A stretch of DNA of 62,501 bases, filler included, from Chiloscyllium plagiosum (GCF_004010195.1; 3 parts of one record of this genome joined end to end with filler, not necessarily neighbours in it), one strand, 5' to 3'; shown: positions 38,963 through 52,265, counted from the whole stretch's first letter. Notes: generated by a model not told the origin, from the sequence alone. Translations and numbers: made by a program.

Positions 38963-39209
38963 GGTCGCTGTTCTTATCCATCCAAATCCTTTGCTCTGCA
39001 GTTTCGTGTTTTTAGTAGGTTCGGGAATATGCTCCCAATCGGAAAACCTATCCAGTGAGGAACGACAAATGTGTTTCTTTATTGTTTGAGGGTTTGAACG
39101 AATTCAGCAGCGGAGTGGGAAGCTGAATTGTGGCTCCAGGTTGCAGGTGGTTAAAAGTGGTTATGTCACAAATAGCTTTTCATGTCTACAAGAGTGTACT
39201 GGCAAGGCT

Positions 39210-41980
39210 GAAGGTGGCTTGAAGTGTGTTTACTTTAACGCCAGAAGCATCTGAGATAAGGTAGGTGCCATGGGTTGTTATCTGGGACTTCAATGTTGTG
39301 GCCATTTCAGAGACATGAACGGAGGACTGAAGGGAATGGTTGTTCCTGGTACCTCAGTTTCGACTTTTCAGTCAGAACAGGAGGGTCGTTTCAGAGAGGG
39401 AGATGTAGCATTATTCGTCAAGGACATTACTATGGTAGCAAAAAGGATATTGGTGAGGACGCGACTGAATCTGCTGAGGTAGAATGGACTGATATTAGAA
39501 TCAGGAATGGAGAGGTCACCACAAAAATGTTCTAGATATATGGAGGAAAAGATTGCAAAGATGATTCTGGATAGGATCGAAAGTGAGAGGGTAGCTGTTA
39601 TGGGGAGCTTAACTTTCAAAATATTGATTGGAAATGTTATCGGTTCAGTACATCGGATCGGTCAGTTTTTGTCCAATGCGTGCAGTAGGGTTTCCTGACG
39701 CAGCATGTAGACAGGCCAACAAGACGCAAAGCCACATTGGATTTGCTTCAGGGTATTGAACTCAGCCAGCTGTTCTATTTGGAGGGAAGTGAGCACTTTG
39801 TTATTCGTGACCACAATTCGGTTATGTTTAATTAGTGATGGATAGGAATATTTATTTATTGCAGAGCATGAGGTATCGCGGGGAGAAAGGCCATTATGAT
39901 GTGATTAGGCAAGAGTTAAAATGCACCGCATGTGGAATGTAACTTCAGGGGTTGAGCACACCTGAAATATGGAGCTTGTTCAGGGATACGCGACTGCATG
40001 TCCTTGGTAAGTATGTATGCGTCATGCAGGGAATATGAGGTCGACACAGGGAGTTGGGTTTCCTGAAGAAGTTGAATCTATGACAAGAAGGAGAAGGAGG
40101 AGTATGTAAACATGAGATATGAAGGCTGAGGTAGGAAGCTTGGGAATTAAAAGCTAACCAGGAAGGGCCAGAACAGAGAGCTACTTCGAGCTAGGAGGAG
40201 GCATGAGAAGTCTTTGTCTGGCAGGAACAATGAAAATCCTGAAGCTTTTAATCGGTAATTCAAGAATAAAATAATGTCTTGCATATGATTATGGTCTGTC
40301 AAGAACAAAAGGACGAAGTTGTTCGCGGAGTCCAAGGATAGCAGAGACGCTGAATGTATTTTTTTATCATATCAAAAATGAAAAAGACAATATTGTCGAA
40401 GAGGATATTGAGATGCAACCTAATAGAATAAATGAAATTGACATTCATAAAGAGGAGTTGTTAGCAATTCTTGAAAGTCTAAAAATAGGTTTGTCCCGTG
40501 GACTTGATGGGATGTATCCGAGGATTCACTGCGAATCGTGGGAGGAGATTGCAGAACGTTTGACTATAAGCTTTATTTCATCAGTGTTTGTGTCATTAGT
40601 GCTAGAAGACCCGCGTTAAGCAAATATTGTCCCCTTCTTCACGAAGGGGAGTAGAGGCAATGCTGGTAATTATAGAACAGTGATCCTTAGCTTCCTTGCA
40701 GCTAACTTTTTGGAACAGATTGTGAGAGATAAAATTTATGATCATCGAAAAAGGAAGAAGTTGATTCGGAATAGTGAATACGATTTTGTGAATAGCAGAT
40801 TGTGCCTCACAAACCTTATTGAGGTCTTTGAAAAGGTAAGTAACAGGTGGATGAGAGTAAAGTGGTTGATGTGGTGGATATAGTTTTCAGTAAGGCACTG
40901 TCGTCTGTTGCATGAAATAAAGAGTCATGGGTTTGAGGATGGTTTTGCAGTTTGGTTCAGAAATTGGCTCGCTGAAAGAAGACAGAGCGTGGCAGTTCAT
41001 GGGAAATGATAATCCTGGAGTTCAGTTACAGTTGGTGTACCACAAGGTTCCTTTTTGTGTCCATTGTTGTTTGTCATTTTTGTAAATTACCTGGATTAGG
41101 GCATGGAATGATGGATTCGTACGTTTGCAGATGACATTAAGCTCGACGATGTTGTCAATAGTGCGAATATCTGCTGACGGTTACAGAGGGACATGGATAA
41201 TCTTCAGAGCTGACCTCAGAAGTGGCAAATGGAGTTTAATCTGGAAAAGTGTGAGATAATTTACTTCGGAAGGAGCAACAAGAAAAAAGAGTTCTTGGCT
41301 AAATGTAATATTCTAGGAAGTTTAGATGTGCAGAGCGATCTCGGTGCCCATGGATATAAATCTCGGAAAGCTACAATCCACGTTGACAGGTTTGTTTGCA
41401 AGGAGCACGGTGTGTTAGCTTTTCTTGGGAGAGGGATTCAGTTTCAGAGCGAAATTATCACTTTGCAGCTCCAGAAATTAACTGGTGTGGCCGCACTCGT
41501 AGAGTTGCGTGCATTTCTGGTCGCCACATTATACAATGCATGTGAAAGCATCGGAAAGGGTGCAAAGGACATTTTCTCGGATGTTGCCTTCTATGGAGAG
41601 ATGGTCTTACGAGGAAAGATTGAGGGACTTGAGGCGGTTTTTGATAGTGATAAGAAGTTTGAGGGGTGAATTTAGAGAGACATAGAAGATGTTCAGAGGT
41701 TTCCATAAGGTGGACAGTGAAGACATTTTTCTTCAAATGTTAATTTTGGCACAATGGCACATCGATGTAAATTGAGGGTGATAGATACTGAGGTAGGTAC
41801 CTTTATCCGTGAGTGGTTAGGGTGCTGAACGCCTTGCCTTCAACACTCGTAGACGCACAACTTTCAGGGAAATGAAATAGTCGTTGTATAAACTTGCGGC
41901 TTATGATGGTAAAATACTAGTCAGATTAGTATCACAGGTCGGTGCAACGTTAGGGCCAAAATGAACTTTATTGCGGTGTA
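39210..41980 (+). mobile_element. Near full-length decayed CR1 ORF2 (APE + RT + 3' UTR)
   Basis: LKCVYFNARSI start, GDVALFVKD, GLDGMYPRI, CLTNLIEVFEKV, FADDIK, WQMEFNLEKC; 3' UTR before the gap. Confidence 0.92.
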
Positions 41981-42036
41981 NNNNNNNNNNNNNNNNNNNN
42001 NNNNNNNNNNNNNNNNNNNNNNNNNNNNNNNNNNNN
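41981..42036. other. Assembly gap
   Basis: N run. Confidence 1.
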
Positions 42037-43799
42037 AATTGCACCACTGGAGCTGCCGTGTACTGATGACCAATGGCTACTGGGCCCCTCAAACCAATTA
42101 CTCCTTTTATGCTGAAGATCTGAAATGAAACACAGCGCAGAGGGCGTTATACTGATGATGAATCATCGATTATGGAGCATCACGTTCAGGAAAATGACAT
42201 AGTAAAACGTGGTGAAAATAGGCATTATTGAATTCTGTTTTCATTTACCGTGGCTTCCTGCGTCGATCACAGGAAATGTTATGTCGCCACTGTCGTGGGA
42301 TTTTCAGTCTCTCGGTATCAATTCGTCAGAGAATTCGATTCACTGGTACTTCAATAGCATCCTTTGGAATGTTCATACGGCGCAATGTCCCAAACTGTAC
42401 ACAACGTCAACAATCTTCTGCATTACTACATCCAAGGGCACGTGGCATGGTTTTTTTATAAATAGTGAAAATTTAATAATGTTATGCAAGGGCAAATTGA
42501 AGTTTAGTTTGATTAGTAAAGTCGCAAGAATCCAGAGTAAGTTTCAAAATGTCAGAAATTCACGTTCATTAACTTGGCCAGAATTCCAGCCCAGCAAAAG
42601 GGAAATCTGTCCCTGAATTCCCAGCATCCCTGTAATCGCTTGATCCATGTGTCTACTTGGAAACCTATGTGAAGGGATGTTCAACCTGACAGAGAACTTG
42701 TGAGAATCCTCCACAGTCTGACCTAAAGCTTAAACAGGAGCTATCTATTCCAGCTTGGAGGGTAGCGAAGTGGAGGTGAAACAAAAAAAAATAATAATTG
42801 GTGTAGACTCAGATTGTTCTCATTGTGATTGTTTAAAAACCTAGGCCAGAAAAGACGCAAGCAGAAAGGAGTAGAAGTAGGCGATTCTTAACACCGCTCC
42901 TGCCCTGCCACGCCATTCTGTACCATCATAGCTCACACAGCACTTTTATGTCTTTTTCCAGCATATCCATATCATCGTGTTGCCAAGTGGCGAACATATT
43001 TTTATCGATCTCTATTATAAATAGACATCGATGTTATTCATCGCTGAGAGGAAAATTTTGCATTTCGAGACAGTTGGGTTTCTGCATGAATGTTATGTGT
43101 TTTGCAGATGAGCAGCCGAGTCTGGTCTGAACACCTTTCAAACCATAAACTAAAACTCGACTCTTATGAGATTTGCACCCACAACGTTTGAATGGCAGTC
43201 TTAACAAAGGCGTAGAAATTCAACGCGCTTTCCATTGCACCACAGAGTCGCGGCCTCACCCAGTTTTTCGCACAAAAGTTTGCCTTAGAACCATTTCGTT
43301 CAGGACACCCATCTGACATCTGTCTGGCCTCGTCACACTTTCCAGTATCTGGTCCTTATCCACGTGTGCTCTGGATCTTCAAGTGTTTGGCTACATACTG
43401 CTGAAATGTCCTCATAACACTTAGCATTACCACACGTTCAGATAAGGAATTCCAGATGAACAACACTCTATGGGTGAAAGCGTTCTTCTAAATCTCTTCT
43501 AAACCGCTTTTCTCCTGCTTTTCATCTATGTCACTGGTTATTATTCCTTCCCATAAAGCCTTATTCCTGTCATACATATCTATCCTCTTCATAATATGTG
43601 CATGTTAATCAGTTTCTCACTCAGCCTTCTCTGTGCTTAGTTACACAGCCCCAGCTTAGCTCATCTACCTTCACAATGGGAATGGTCCAGCCCTTGGAAT
43701 TATTTTCATCTCCTGTGAACCTCTCCTCCTGCAATCATACGGTTCCTGCAGTATTGCGATTACAACGGAAAAAGAAATGTTCTTTGAGGAAATTTCAAA

Positions 43800-44260
43800 A
43801 TGTCTGAATAAAATCAGCAGCTCATGTCCATCTACGATGAGAAAGGACAGTTAGCGTTTCGAGTCCAATGATTCGTGTTCGGAACTGATGGGATGTGCGG
43901 CTGGGTGAAAAATGTGAAACAGGGCGGACAGGATCCAAAATGATTGAACTCGATGTTAGGTCCGGAAAGCTGCATGGTCTTTCAGTAGAAAATGAGTTGC
44001 CGAACTTCCAGCTTGCGCTGTGCCTTGAAGGAGAACTGCAGCAGACCAGAGACTGGTATGATGGCTTTGGTACACAATGCAATGTTGAAGTGACAGGACA
44101 CTGGAAGACCGGGGTATTTTTTATTGATTCTGGACAGAACTTAAGTGATCTCAGCTTTGTCACCGACTCTGTTTTCCTCTCTCCATTGCAGAGAAATCAC
44201 ATTCTCAGCAGGAAATGCAGTTTTCTGGATTGAATGACGTGCAGACAAATCACTGGAAGA
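43800..44260 (-). mobile_element. Old Penelope-like (Neptune-type) 3' end with degenerate pLTR hammerhead
   Basis: Minus strand N..NCISC*EC..LCNGE..RVGD resembles the GIY-YIG segment YCIRCSQCGLLYIGET.RLGDR; GAATCATTGGACTC-GAAACGCTAAC at 43850-43880. Confidence 0.5.
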
Positions 44261-44399
44261 TGTGTTTGGAAGTTTCCACAGTGAGGAGAGACATCGGAAA
44301 TAAGCCGGAAATGTATCTTGCAACATAAAACGTTACAGTGCAGTACAGGCACTTCGGCCCTCGATGTTGCACCGACCTGTGAAAATAATTTGATGTCCA

Positions 44400-47300
44400 T
44401 TGCTATGGAAAATCAACATTTCTTTTGAAACCAATAAAAGCACAGAGAAACAAAGAAGTAAGGGCCTGACTTTGCAGAGGGGAAGTGTTGCAGACAGAAA
44501 GAAAAACTGCATATATTTAAACCGAACAAATAGCAGATTTACTAGGCCAGCAAACTACCATATCAACAGTCAAGGAATTAGAAAAAAACAACTTCATATC
44601 TGGAAAGGAACTCGAATATTTCAGGCCACTGACCTTGAAGTTTTAAGAAGAAGAAGCGAATTATACTTTAAAGGGAATATTTGAAAGCTATCAGGCGCCC
44701 ATTACATGAGGCGTCTTGCCAATGTATTACCTGGGACACGGGAAACCTGAACTTGATGGAACTCCACGCGTCACATGCTGAAAACGTTCTGGCCCAAGAG
44801 AAGGACAAACGGAAATTAAAGATGAAACAGCAAACAGATAAAGCTCAGCTTACTATGATGCTAATGGTCGCCCAGACGTTGGAAGGAGGTGCTGCGTGAA
44901 AAGAGGGGCTGGCAAAGGCAAATCTGGCGGGTACTTCGTTTGCAGAGCAATGGACCACTGAGTGAGGCAGTACACGCCCAGACAGCCTCAATCGGCTCTG
45001 GAGGCTGGGCAGCAGGGTGACTAATGGAGGAAGGCTGAGGTGGAGTTGGGCAGCCCCAAAGTTACAGGTAAGCCTCTTTGCTTTATGCTTGGCAAAGAAT
45101 ACTCGCTTATGCTCATCTCTACTACGAACCTTACGGGCACTGAAACATGTCCCACCTCTCTACTGAGCACTGAGGTTGCGAAGCGTGTACTATATTTTCC
45201 GTACAACGATGATTCATATAAGTCAATGCTTACATCTCTGTTGTATGTGGAAGGTGCAACTCCTACCTTTTTGGTAGATACAAGGGCAACATATTCAGTT
45301 CTTAAATCAAGGCAGTTCAGAGAGTCGACGCAAATAAAGATGAGCGGAAGCTTCCTGAACTCAATGAGTGCATCCGGAGTCGTGACACGAGAAAGATTTA
45401 CCGCACCCCTATTGTGCGAAACCAGTAATGGGGAAACATTCCAATTCTCATTTCTGTTATAGGAATTTTGTTCTTTAAATCTGATGTCTCGGGATCTCAT
45501 AGTGAGACTGGGATCGGATTTGCGCAGTACCCCGACGAGCTTGCAGGTAATACATAAAGAAGATTTAACAGTGCAGGCTGGAAAATACGAATCACGACCC
45601 CGATGCATGTCAGAGAGCGATAGGTTCCGTGAGCGATTCACTCACCCAGGAAGCAAGTAGCCATGTTAATCCCACTAACACCGATTTTCTTGCTGGAGAT
45701 ATGCTGCACTGCACAGCACACATACACCGCGATGGTCCTGACAAATCATAAGAGAAGGATTGGTTCAGGAGATTGGTTAAACCAGATCAGTTGTTATTAT
45801 GCGAATTTTATTGGAATGATCACAGATGTGCTGTCAGTTTAAACTTATTTAAGTATCTGTGACGGCAAGTAGACCTGTTTTTTTGATGTGGAAGACTCTT
45901 TTATTTACGGATCATTGTCGAAGGCATTCAGCGACATGTGTCAGAATATGGGAGCAGGGGTAGGACAAGCACAAAAAACGAAAGCTTTTATCTCCAGGGT
46001 CGGTGTGGGTGTCTGCTTCAATGTAGTTATAAGGACGTATAGGAAGAAAGTAAATTGGCTAACTCAGGCAGACAGGGCAGTCCATGTAATCTCCGCCAGG
46101 AGTGTCGTCTGGCGTTTACCTATGGTAGATGTCTCGGACCCAAGATTAAGAAGGGTCCCAACTGATTTCAGGGCAAAGGTCAAACACGATGTGGGGCTCA
46201 TACAAACACTTAAGAATAACCCCGAAGTCTGAGTATCGTCCTTGCAAAGCAAAAGAGCCGTTAAAACCCGAGGCTGTGCAAGGAATTACTCCAGTCTTTA
46301 AATCTCTCCTATAGGCTGGAATGATAATCCTCCGGGAATAATCACTGGTGAGAACACCCATTTGTTTCGTTCAAAAAGGCAAACATTCCAGGTGAATCGG
46401 GGGAATGCAGCTTTGTTCATGATCTGCAGGTTATCAATATCGCTGTTGTTCTGCAGACCCCAAATTTTCCCAACCCCTATAGTATATTGGCTCAAATTCC
46501 ACCGGATAGTAAATGGCTTTCTATTGTGGAATTAGCAAATGCCTTGTTTTGTGTACGGTACACCCCGAAAGTCAATTCTGGTTCACTTTTCCATTCAAAG
46601 GCAAATAGTATACTTTCACGTGACATTTTCAAGATTACTGTGAGTCCCCACCATAATTAACGAGGCTCTACACAGGAGTCTGGAGACTCTTGCTTTAACC
46701 GGGGGTGGGGTGGGGTCAGCGCTTCTGCAGTATGTAAACTAATGCTTAATCGCAGCACCAACAGAGAAACAATGTGAGAAAGGTAGGCTTGCGATTCTCT
46801 GCCATCTCGTCTCACAAAACTACAACTTGTGGAACAACAGTTGAAGTTCTTAGGTCACTTAATATCTGAACAAGGAAAGGCCATTGGTCAAGACAGAGTT
46901 CAAACAAACCAGCAAAATTCAAAGCCTCACATGAAGAAACAATTGCTATCCTTCTTGGTCATGCGATCCTACTGTAGAATGTTTAACCTGCATTACGCAA
47001 CCCATTAGGCGCCCAAAAGTGACATAGCTCATGGTTAAGGTTTGCAGAGCTAGAGTCCGTTGCAGTGACCCCTGAGGCCTATAGTGCCTTTGTTGTATTG
47101 AAATGGCACTCCAAACTACAACGACACTGGGATTCCAAATCCAAACAAGCCTTTTGTACAAACAGTGGATGAGAAGTGTGCCTGCATGACATATGTGCTG
47201 ATGCAGAATTACGTGTGAAAATTGAGGCCAGTAGCTTATTTTGCACCTCAACGTAGATCCCGTAATGGCAGGATTGCATAAATGCCTGCGTGTCGTGGCT

Positions 47301-47644
47301 GCAGCTGAAAAGGCTGTTGTAGCTTCCAGGGACATAGTCGGCTTTGGTGAATTAACCCGACTGGTACCACATGCAGTATCCTTACTGCTTTCCGAGCAAA
47401 ACACAGCACACAAGTCGGCAGCACATTGGCTCACATACAGTGCTATGCTATTGGAGAAGCCTAACATGACAATAAAGCGATGTAACGTCCTTAATGCTCC
47501 TTGTCTTCTCCCCACAGAAGGAGCCGGAGACCTACATGACTGTGTCGCTGTAATTAATGAAATTTGAAGCCCGAGACCAGACGTGTAGGATTCACCAATT
47601 TAGAATCTGGATACCGCGTTTTATTGTGGATAGGTCAGCATTCA
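44400..47644 (+). mobile_element. Class I (epsilon/gamma-related) endogenous retrovirus gag-pro-pol relic, truncated by scaffold end
   Basis: Protease FLVDTRATYSVL (45268-45303); RT PLKPEAVQGITPVFKSLL, QFWFTFPFKG, GYCESP-like, LQYVN*CLIA (~46725); tether DPVMAGLHKCLRVVAAA..VPHAV..LNAPCLLP..HDC; start of RNase H; stops and frameshifts. Confidence 0.9.
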
Positions 47645-47744
47645 NNNNNNNNNNNNNNNNNNNNNNNNNNNNNNNNNNNNNNNNNNNNTTAATTAATTAA
47701 NNNNNNNNNNNNNNNNNNNNNNNNNNNNNNNNNNNNNNNNNNNN
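47645..47744. other. Artificial 100-bp scaffold linker
   Basis: 44 N + TTAATTAATTAA + 44 N. Confidence 0.9.
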
Positions 47745-48646
47745 ACTCTTCTCTTGATATAATCAGAAGATTTTCTTTCCTGAGTCACCGCTGCTGAAAA
47801 GTCCTGAAACAACATGATCCTGGAGCTCTCGTGAATTCAAGCCATCGGAAACCACACTGAGCTTCCAGCAGTCTTTGTTTAAACCTATAACTATGTAACT
47901 GCACAAGGAAAGTGCGAAGGCGTTGGTCTGAGTCTAACCTCCGCACCGTAACCCGCTAAACTGTCTTAGTCTTCACCCATCCCTCTTCAGCTTCGAAGTG
48001 AAGGAATCACGGCAGACAGATCTTGAAAAAACTCACTGGCTGATCACGTGCCGTCTGGTCCAGCAGACCGACGATGTGAACATTCTGCGTCCTGCCCCTG
48101 TTCTCGAGGTGATCATCATGTTCAGTTGAGGTACGGACCTGTATTTCAAGAGTGAGGCTCCTCTTCCAAGAAGAATCGATCGCGGTCTCTGTCACTGCAG
48201 TTTGGCACTTGACATTTTCTGTTCTGTTTTCAAGGCTGTCAAGTTGCTGCTCATGTTTTTGGAGCACGGCTGAGAGCGGCTCTAGCCACTGCTGTACCCT
48301 TCTTCAATCATGGCTTCAATCATTTCACGTAACTTGGTGAACTCAGTGACCAAGGCCTGGTGAGTAACTGGGTTTATTGAACGAGCAGAGTGGGTTACAG
48401 CTACAGCCTCAGGTATGCTCGATGCTTCTGACGGGTCCACCATGTGTTGGGACTTACTCGATCCTTTCCTGTGTTTTCTCATTTCCACTTGACAAAACGG
48501 GATTAGTAAAGAATCTATCGCTCTATTTAGTGTGAATTTTAAGTAAATGTCTGGGATGGGGTGGGTTAGAGAACGACTTTGTCCGTGCCGAGATGCAGAG
48601 CCCAGCAAAGCTGACCTTCTGGGTTGCCGCTATCTTGGATTGCCCC
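47745..48646 (-). mobile_element. L1 LINE 5' end: 5' UTR plus ORF1 (decayed)
   Basis: Starts GGGGCAATCCAAGATAGCGG (YY1-like CAAGATGGCG variant); coiled coil, then HLENRGRTQNVHIVGL (L1 ORF1 RRM start) and SRIMLFQDFSAAV (CTD). Confidence 0.85.
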
Positions 48647-49129
48647 TTAACATTTTATCAATATTACCATTTCACTTTGAATAATATTCCTGGATGTTCT
48701 GGAGCCGTGTCATTTGGTACCACTGTCGACATTTTCCCCAACACTGCACATTTCTGCCAATCCCCTATAATCCTTGACTCTGTTGTTAGTTATGAACCTT
48801 CTGTCTGTGCCTCAAAAATATTCAATATCTCTCTCTCCAATGCTCTGTGGGGAAGAGAGTTCCAAAGACCCACAACACTGAGAAAACAAAAATAAAACTC
48901 AAGATCTGAGTACAAGATTAATTTTTCTTTGTCTCCTTATCTGAGGAAGGATATAATTATATTGGAAGCAGTTCGGAGATGTTTCACTTCACGTATTCCA
49001 GCAATGAGTACCTTATATTATGAAGGCTTTAACAGGTCAGTCTTGGAAAGAGAGGTGATCTTATTGAAACATGCAAGAGCTAGAGGAGAGTGGATACCCA
49101 CTGGGTATAGTCCAAATTTATTGTCATTT

Positions 49130-49492
49130 TTATAGAATCGCTTCAGTGTGGAAGCAGGACATTCCATCCATCAAATCCACACTGACCCTCCGAACAGCAT
49201 CCCCCCGGAACTGCCCCCCCCCGCACCCTATCCTTGTAAAACTGCATTTCCCATGCCTAACCTGCCTAACCTACACATCCCTGGGCACAATGAGCATTTT
49301 AGCATGGCCAATCCACTCTAAGATGCGTATCTTTGGACTGTGGGAAAAAAAAATGGAGCATTGTGAGGAAACCCACACAAATACCTGCATAGAGAATACT
49401 CAAACGCCACACAGAGCGTCGCCCAAGGTTGAAATTGAACGCAGCTCCTTGGTGATGTGAGGTAGCAGTGAGGTACAGATCCACCCTGCACA
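49130..49492 (-). mobile_element. HE1-type SINE
   Basis: ATCTTTGGACTGTGGGA..GAGGAAACCCACACA..AATTGAAC reverse-complement signature. Confidence 0.8.
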
Positions 49493-50254
49493 TCCGTTAG
49501 TTCTATTAGTTACTTGTGGCTGATTAAAGAAATCTGCCTGACTTGTTCCTGTCACTGAACCAGACACAGTCTGAGAACTTTATGGTCGGCCATATCACCA
49601 ACCTGGTTACATTTAAAATTTGTTGGGAACAGTGGAGGAGTGCGTCTAGAAAAGGAAATAGTGACACCCTCCAACCACAGTCAGAGCAGGAATTAGGAGA
49701 AATTCACCAAGTGGGAATTCATTCCAATGGGAATTCTCTTTCCCAGACGCTTGGGAGGGCTGAATCTTTATATTATATCGAGGCTGGCTTCATTTGAATT
49801 TACATTGTCAGGTGAATCAGGAATAATGGTGCATGGAGAGCAAAGTGCAGCTGGGACCACAATGAGATGAACCACGACTTTACTTACTGGTGGAGTAGTG
49901 TCAAAGGTCCCTCAGCCCTGTCTTCTGATGTTGCATTCAGCCCTTCGGACCCACTACACAAAGGCAGATCGAGGGCACTAAGACAGTTAGGTGTAGTTTC
50001 AGAAATGTACTTGGAGAATCCAGGCTGGGTCAGGAACCGTCCCCCACCCCCAATTCCTCTTTCCAGGCTTCCCTTTCTGTAACCTCTGCTCCAGATGTGG
50101 GTCATATTACAGACCCAGTATGGGGAATACAGCCCCCATACGCCACCCAGGGTTGACTCAAACAAATCCTCTGCTCTCCCTGAAAGCAACATTGTGCAAC
50201 ACGACTTCTAGGAAAATAACCAGTTAATTTCCAAAATGATAACATGCGAAATTA

Positions 50255-51555
50255 ATAAATAGGAACAGGAGTAGGCCATTCTGCCCCTCAAGTTATCCCT
50301 GTCATTTAATAAGAACATGGCTGATCTATTCCAGGGCTCAAATCCACTTTCTTGCCGTGTCCTGCATCCCTCCACACCTCTCTGGGATGGAGAATTCCAG
50401 ACATGCACTATCTTCTGAGAAAAGACATCAGTTTGCACCTCAGATTGAAATCGGTGCTTCTTATTCGCTATCTATGTCCTCGACTTCGACACTCTGCCCA
50501 GGAATGAAAACAACTTCTCAACATCTACCTTCTCAAGCCCGCTCTGTATCTTGTATATTTCAGCAGTATCACTCTTCATTCATTTAAACCCCAATGAATA
50601 ATCACCTCACCATTATAGAGGTTCTCAATAACTCAACCCTTTCATATCTGGAACCCGCCTAATGAACCAACCTAGTTACTTGCTGCATCAGCATGCTGAC
50701 TTTATGTTTCATACTCAGGAAGACTCCAATCTCTTTGTACTGCTCCTTTTCTGGAAGTCCTCTCCGTTAAATAACAGCCTACCTTTTGATTCTCAGTGTC
50801 ATCCACAAACTCGGATGTAAATTGCACTCAGCTCCCTCCTTCACGCTGTCAGTATAGATTGTAAATAACTGATGCCATCGGACTGATACTTGTGTAATCC
50901 AGCAGATATACCTTTGCCATAAAGATCCATTAATCCTGACTCTCCGATTTCTATGTGTTAACCAATCATCATCCCATGTTAATACATTATCTGTCATCCT
51001 ACGAGATTCTGGCTTGAGTAAGATCTTTTATTTTGTAATACCCTGTGGAAAATCTCTGGAAAGCCTCTTGTTCCCCTTTATCACGTCCGCTTGTTATATT
51101 TTCAGACATCTCCAGAAAAGCGTTGTATGATCTTACAGGCCAAAATATAATTTCCCTTTCACAAAACCACACTGACTCCGTGTGAAGCTTTTCTAAATGT
51201 CCATGCTGGCCAGGATTTCCAAATGAAGCTCGTCCCATCTGCCTTCATTTTGCCCATATGCCTCTAAATGTTTCCCATCCATATATTTGTCCAAATGTGT
51301 TTTAAATGTTGCAGCTGTGCATGGATCTACCACTCTTCCTCTGGCAGCTCATTCCAAACCCACACAGCCCTCTGTGTAAAAACGTTGCCCCTTCGTCCCT
51401 TTTAAATCTTCTCCTTTTCACCTTAAACCTATGTCTTCAATGGTTGAACTCTCCCATCCTGTGGAAAAGACCTTGGCTATTCACCCGAACCATACCTCTC
51501 TTGATTTTATACACTTCTATAATGTCAGCCCGCAAACCTTTACACTCCATCTGAT
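50255..51555 (-). mobile_element. Old CR1 fragments
   Basis: WLTHRNRRVRING, VFSQKIVHVWNS, 3' UTR remnants. Confidence 0.75.
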
Positions 51556-51789
51556 ACTAACTTCAAAAACAAGTATTTAAAGATAATTACTGCAAATTTG
51601 AAACTATATTAAACATGACAGTAAAACAATACTCAACAAACTGTTATTTGTTTTTCTCCATATTACAATGCTGAGGCAGCATGAAATGCTTACTAGTGCC
51701 AATAAGAATTTCTTTGTCTAAAGGGGGTGATGATATCGACAATGAAAACGTATCTATGGCCAGATCTATATAATACCAGTTAGTCAACA

Positions 51790-52265
51790 TTCCCCCTCCA
51801 GGCCTCCCTATGATCTTGTCTGCTTGTGTCTTCCTTATCTTGCACTCAATAGAGAGAACCCCTTACCCCCAATCACATCTTAATTTAAACCCCTTTTACA
51901 TTATCTTCTTTTATCATTTGCCACACCCTCTTTTCCATGTCATCCATTCCCCATCTCTGGCAAGGGATTAAAAGCCCATTTGCAAATCATTTTCAGTTCT
52001 GAAAGTGTCGCACGTAATGTGAAATACTAATTCTGTTTTTCTGTCTCTGCAGATGCTGACAGACCTGCTGAGTTTCTCCAGAAATGTTTAGGTACACAAC
52101 AAATTTTCAATTAAACAAAAAACTATGGATACTGGAAATAAAAATATCAAGAATTGCTGGAGAAACTGTGAGCTTTGTAGAAGGTTCACTGGACCTGAAA
52201 GCGTAACTCTGCATTCACTACAGAAAATGCTGCAACATATTCAGCAATTTCTGTTTTTGAACAAT
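51790..52265 (+). mobile_element. Decayed pLTR-like mini-elements
   Basis: CAGATGCTGACAGACCTGCTGAGTTTCTCCAG and AGGTTCACTGGACCT-GAAA remnants. Confidence 0.45.

Noticed and set aside
38000..39130. Degenerate NACHT/NLR pseudogene (e.g. LLFEGLNEF, RDRLE)
   Set aside because: Motifs are scattered over frames with no Walker A; the region is better explained by two tRNA-Asn relics in a tandem unit
42153..42180. CTGATGA followed by a short hairpin as a hammerhead
   Set aside because: No GAAA box or cleavage triplet follows
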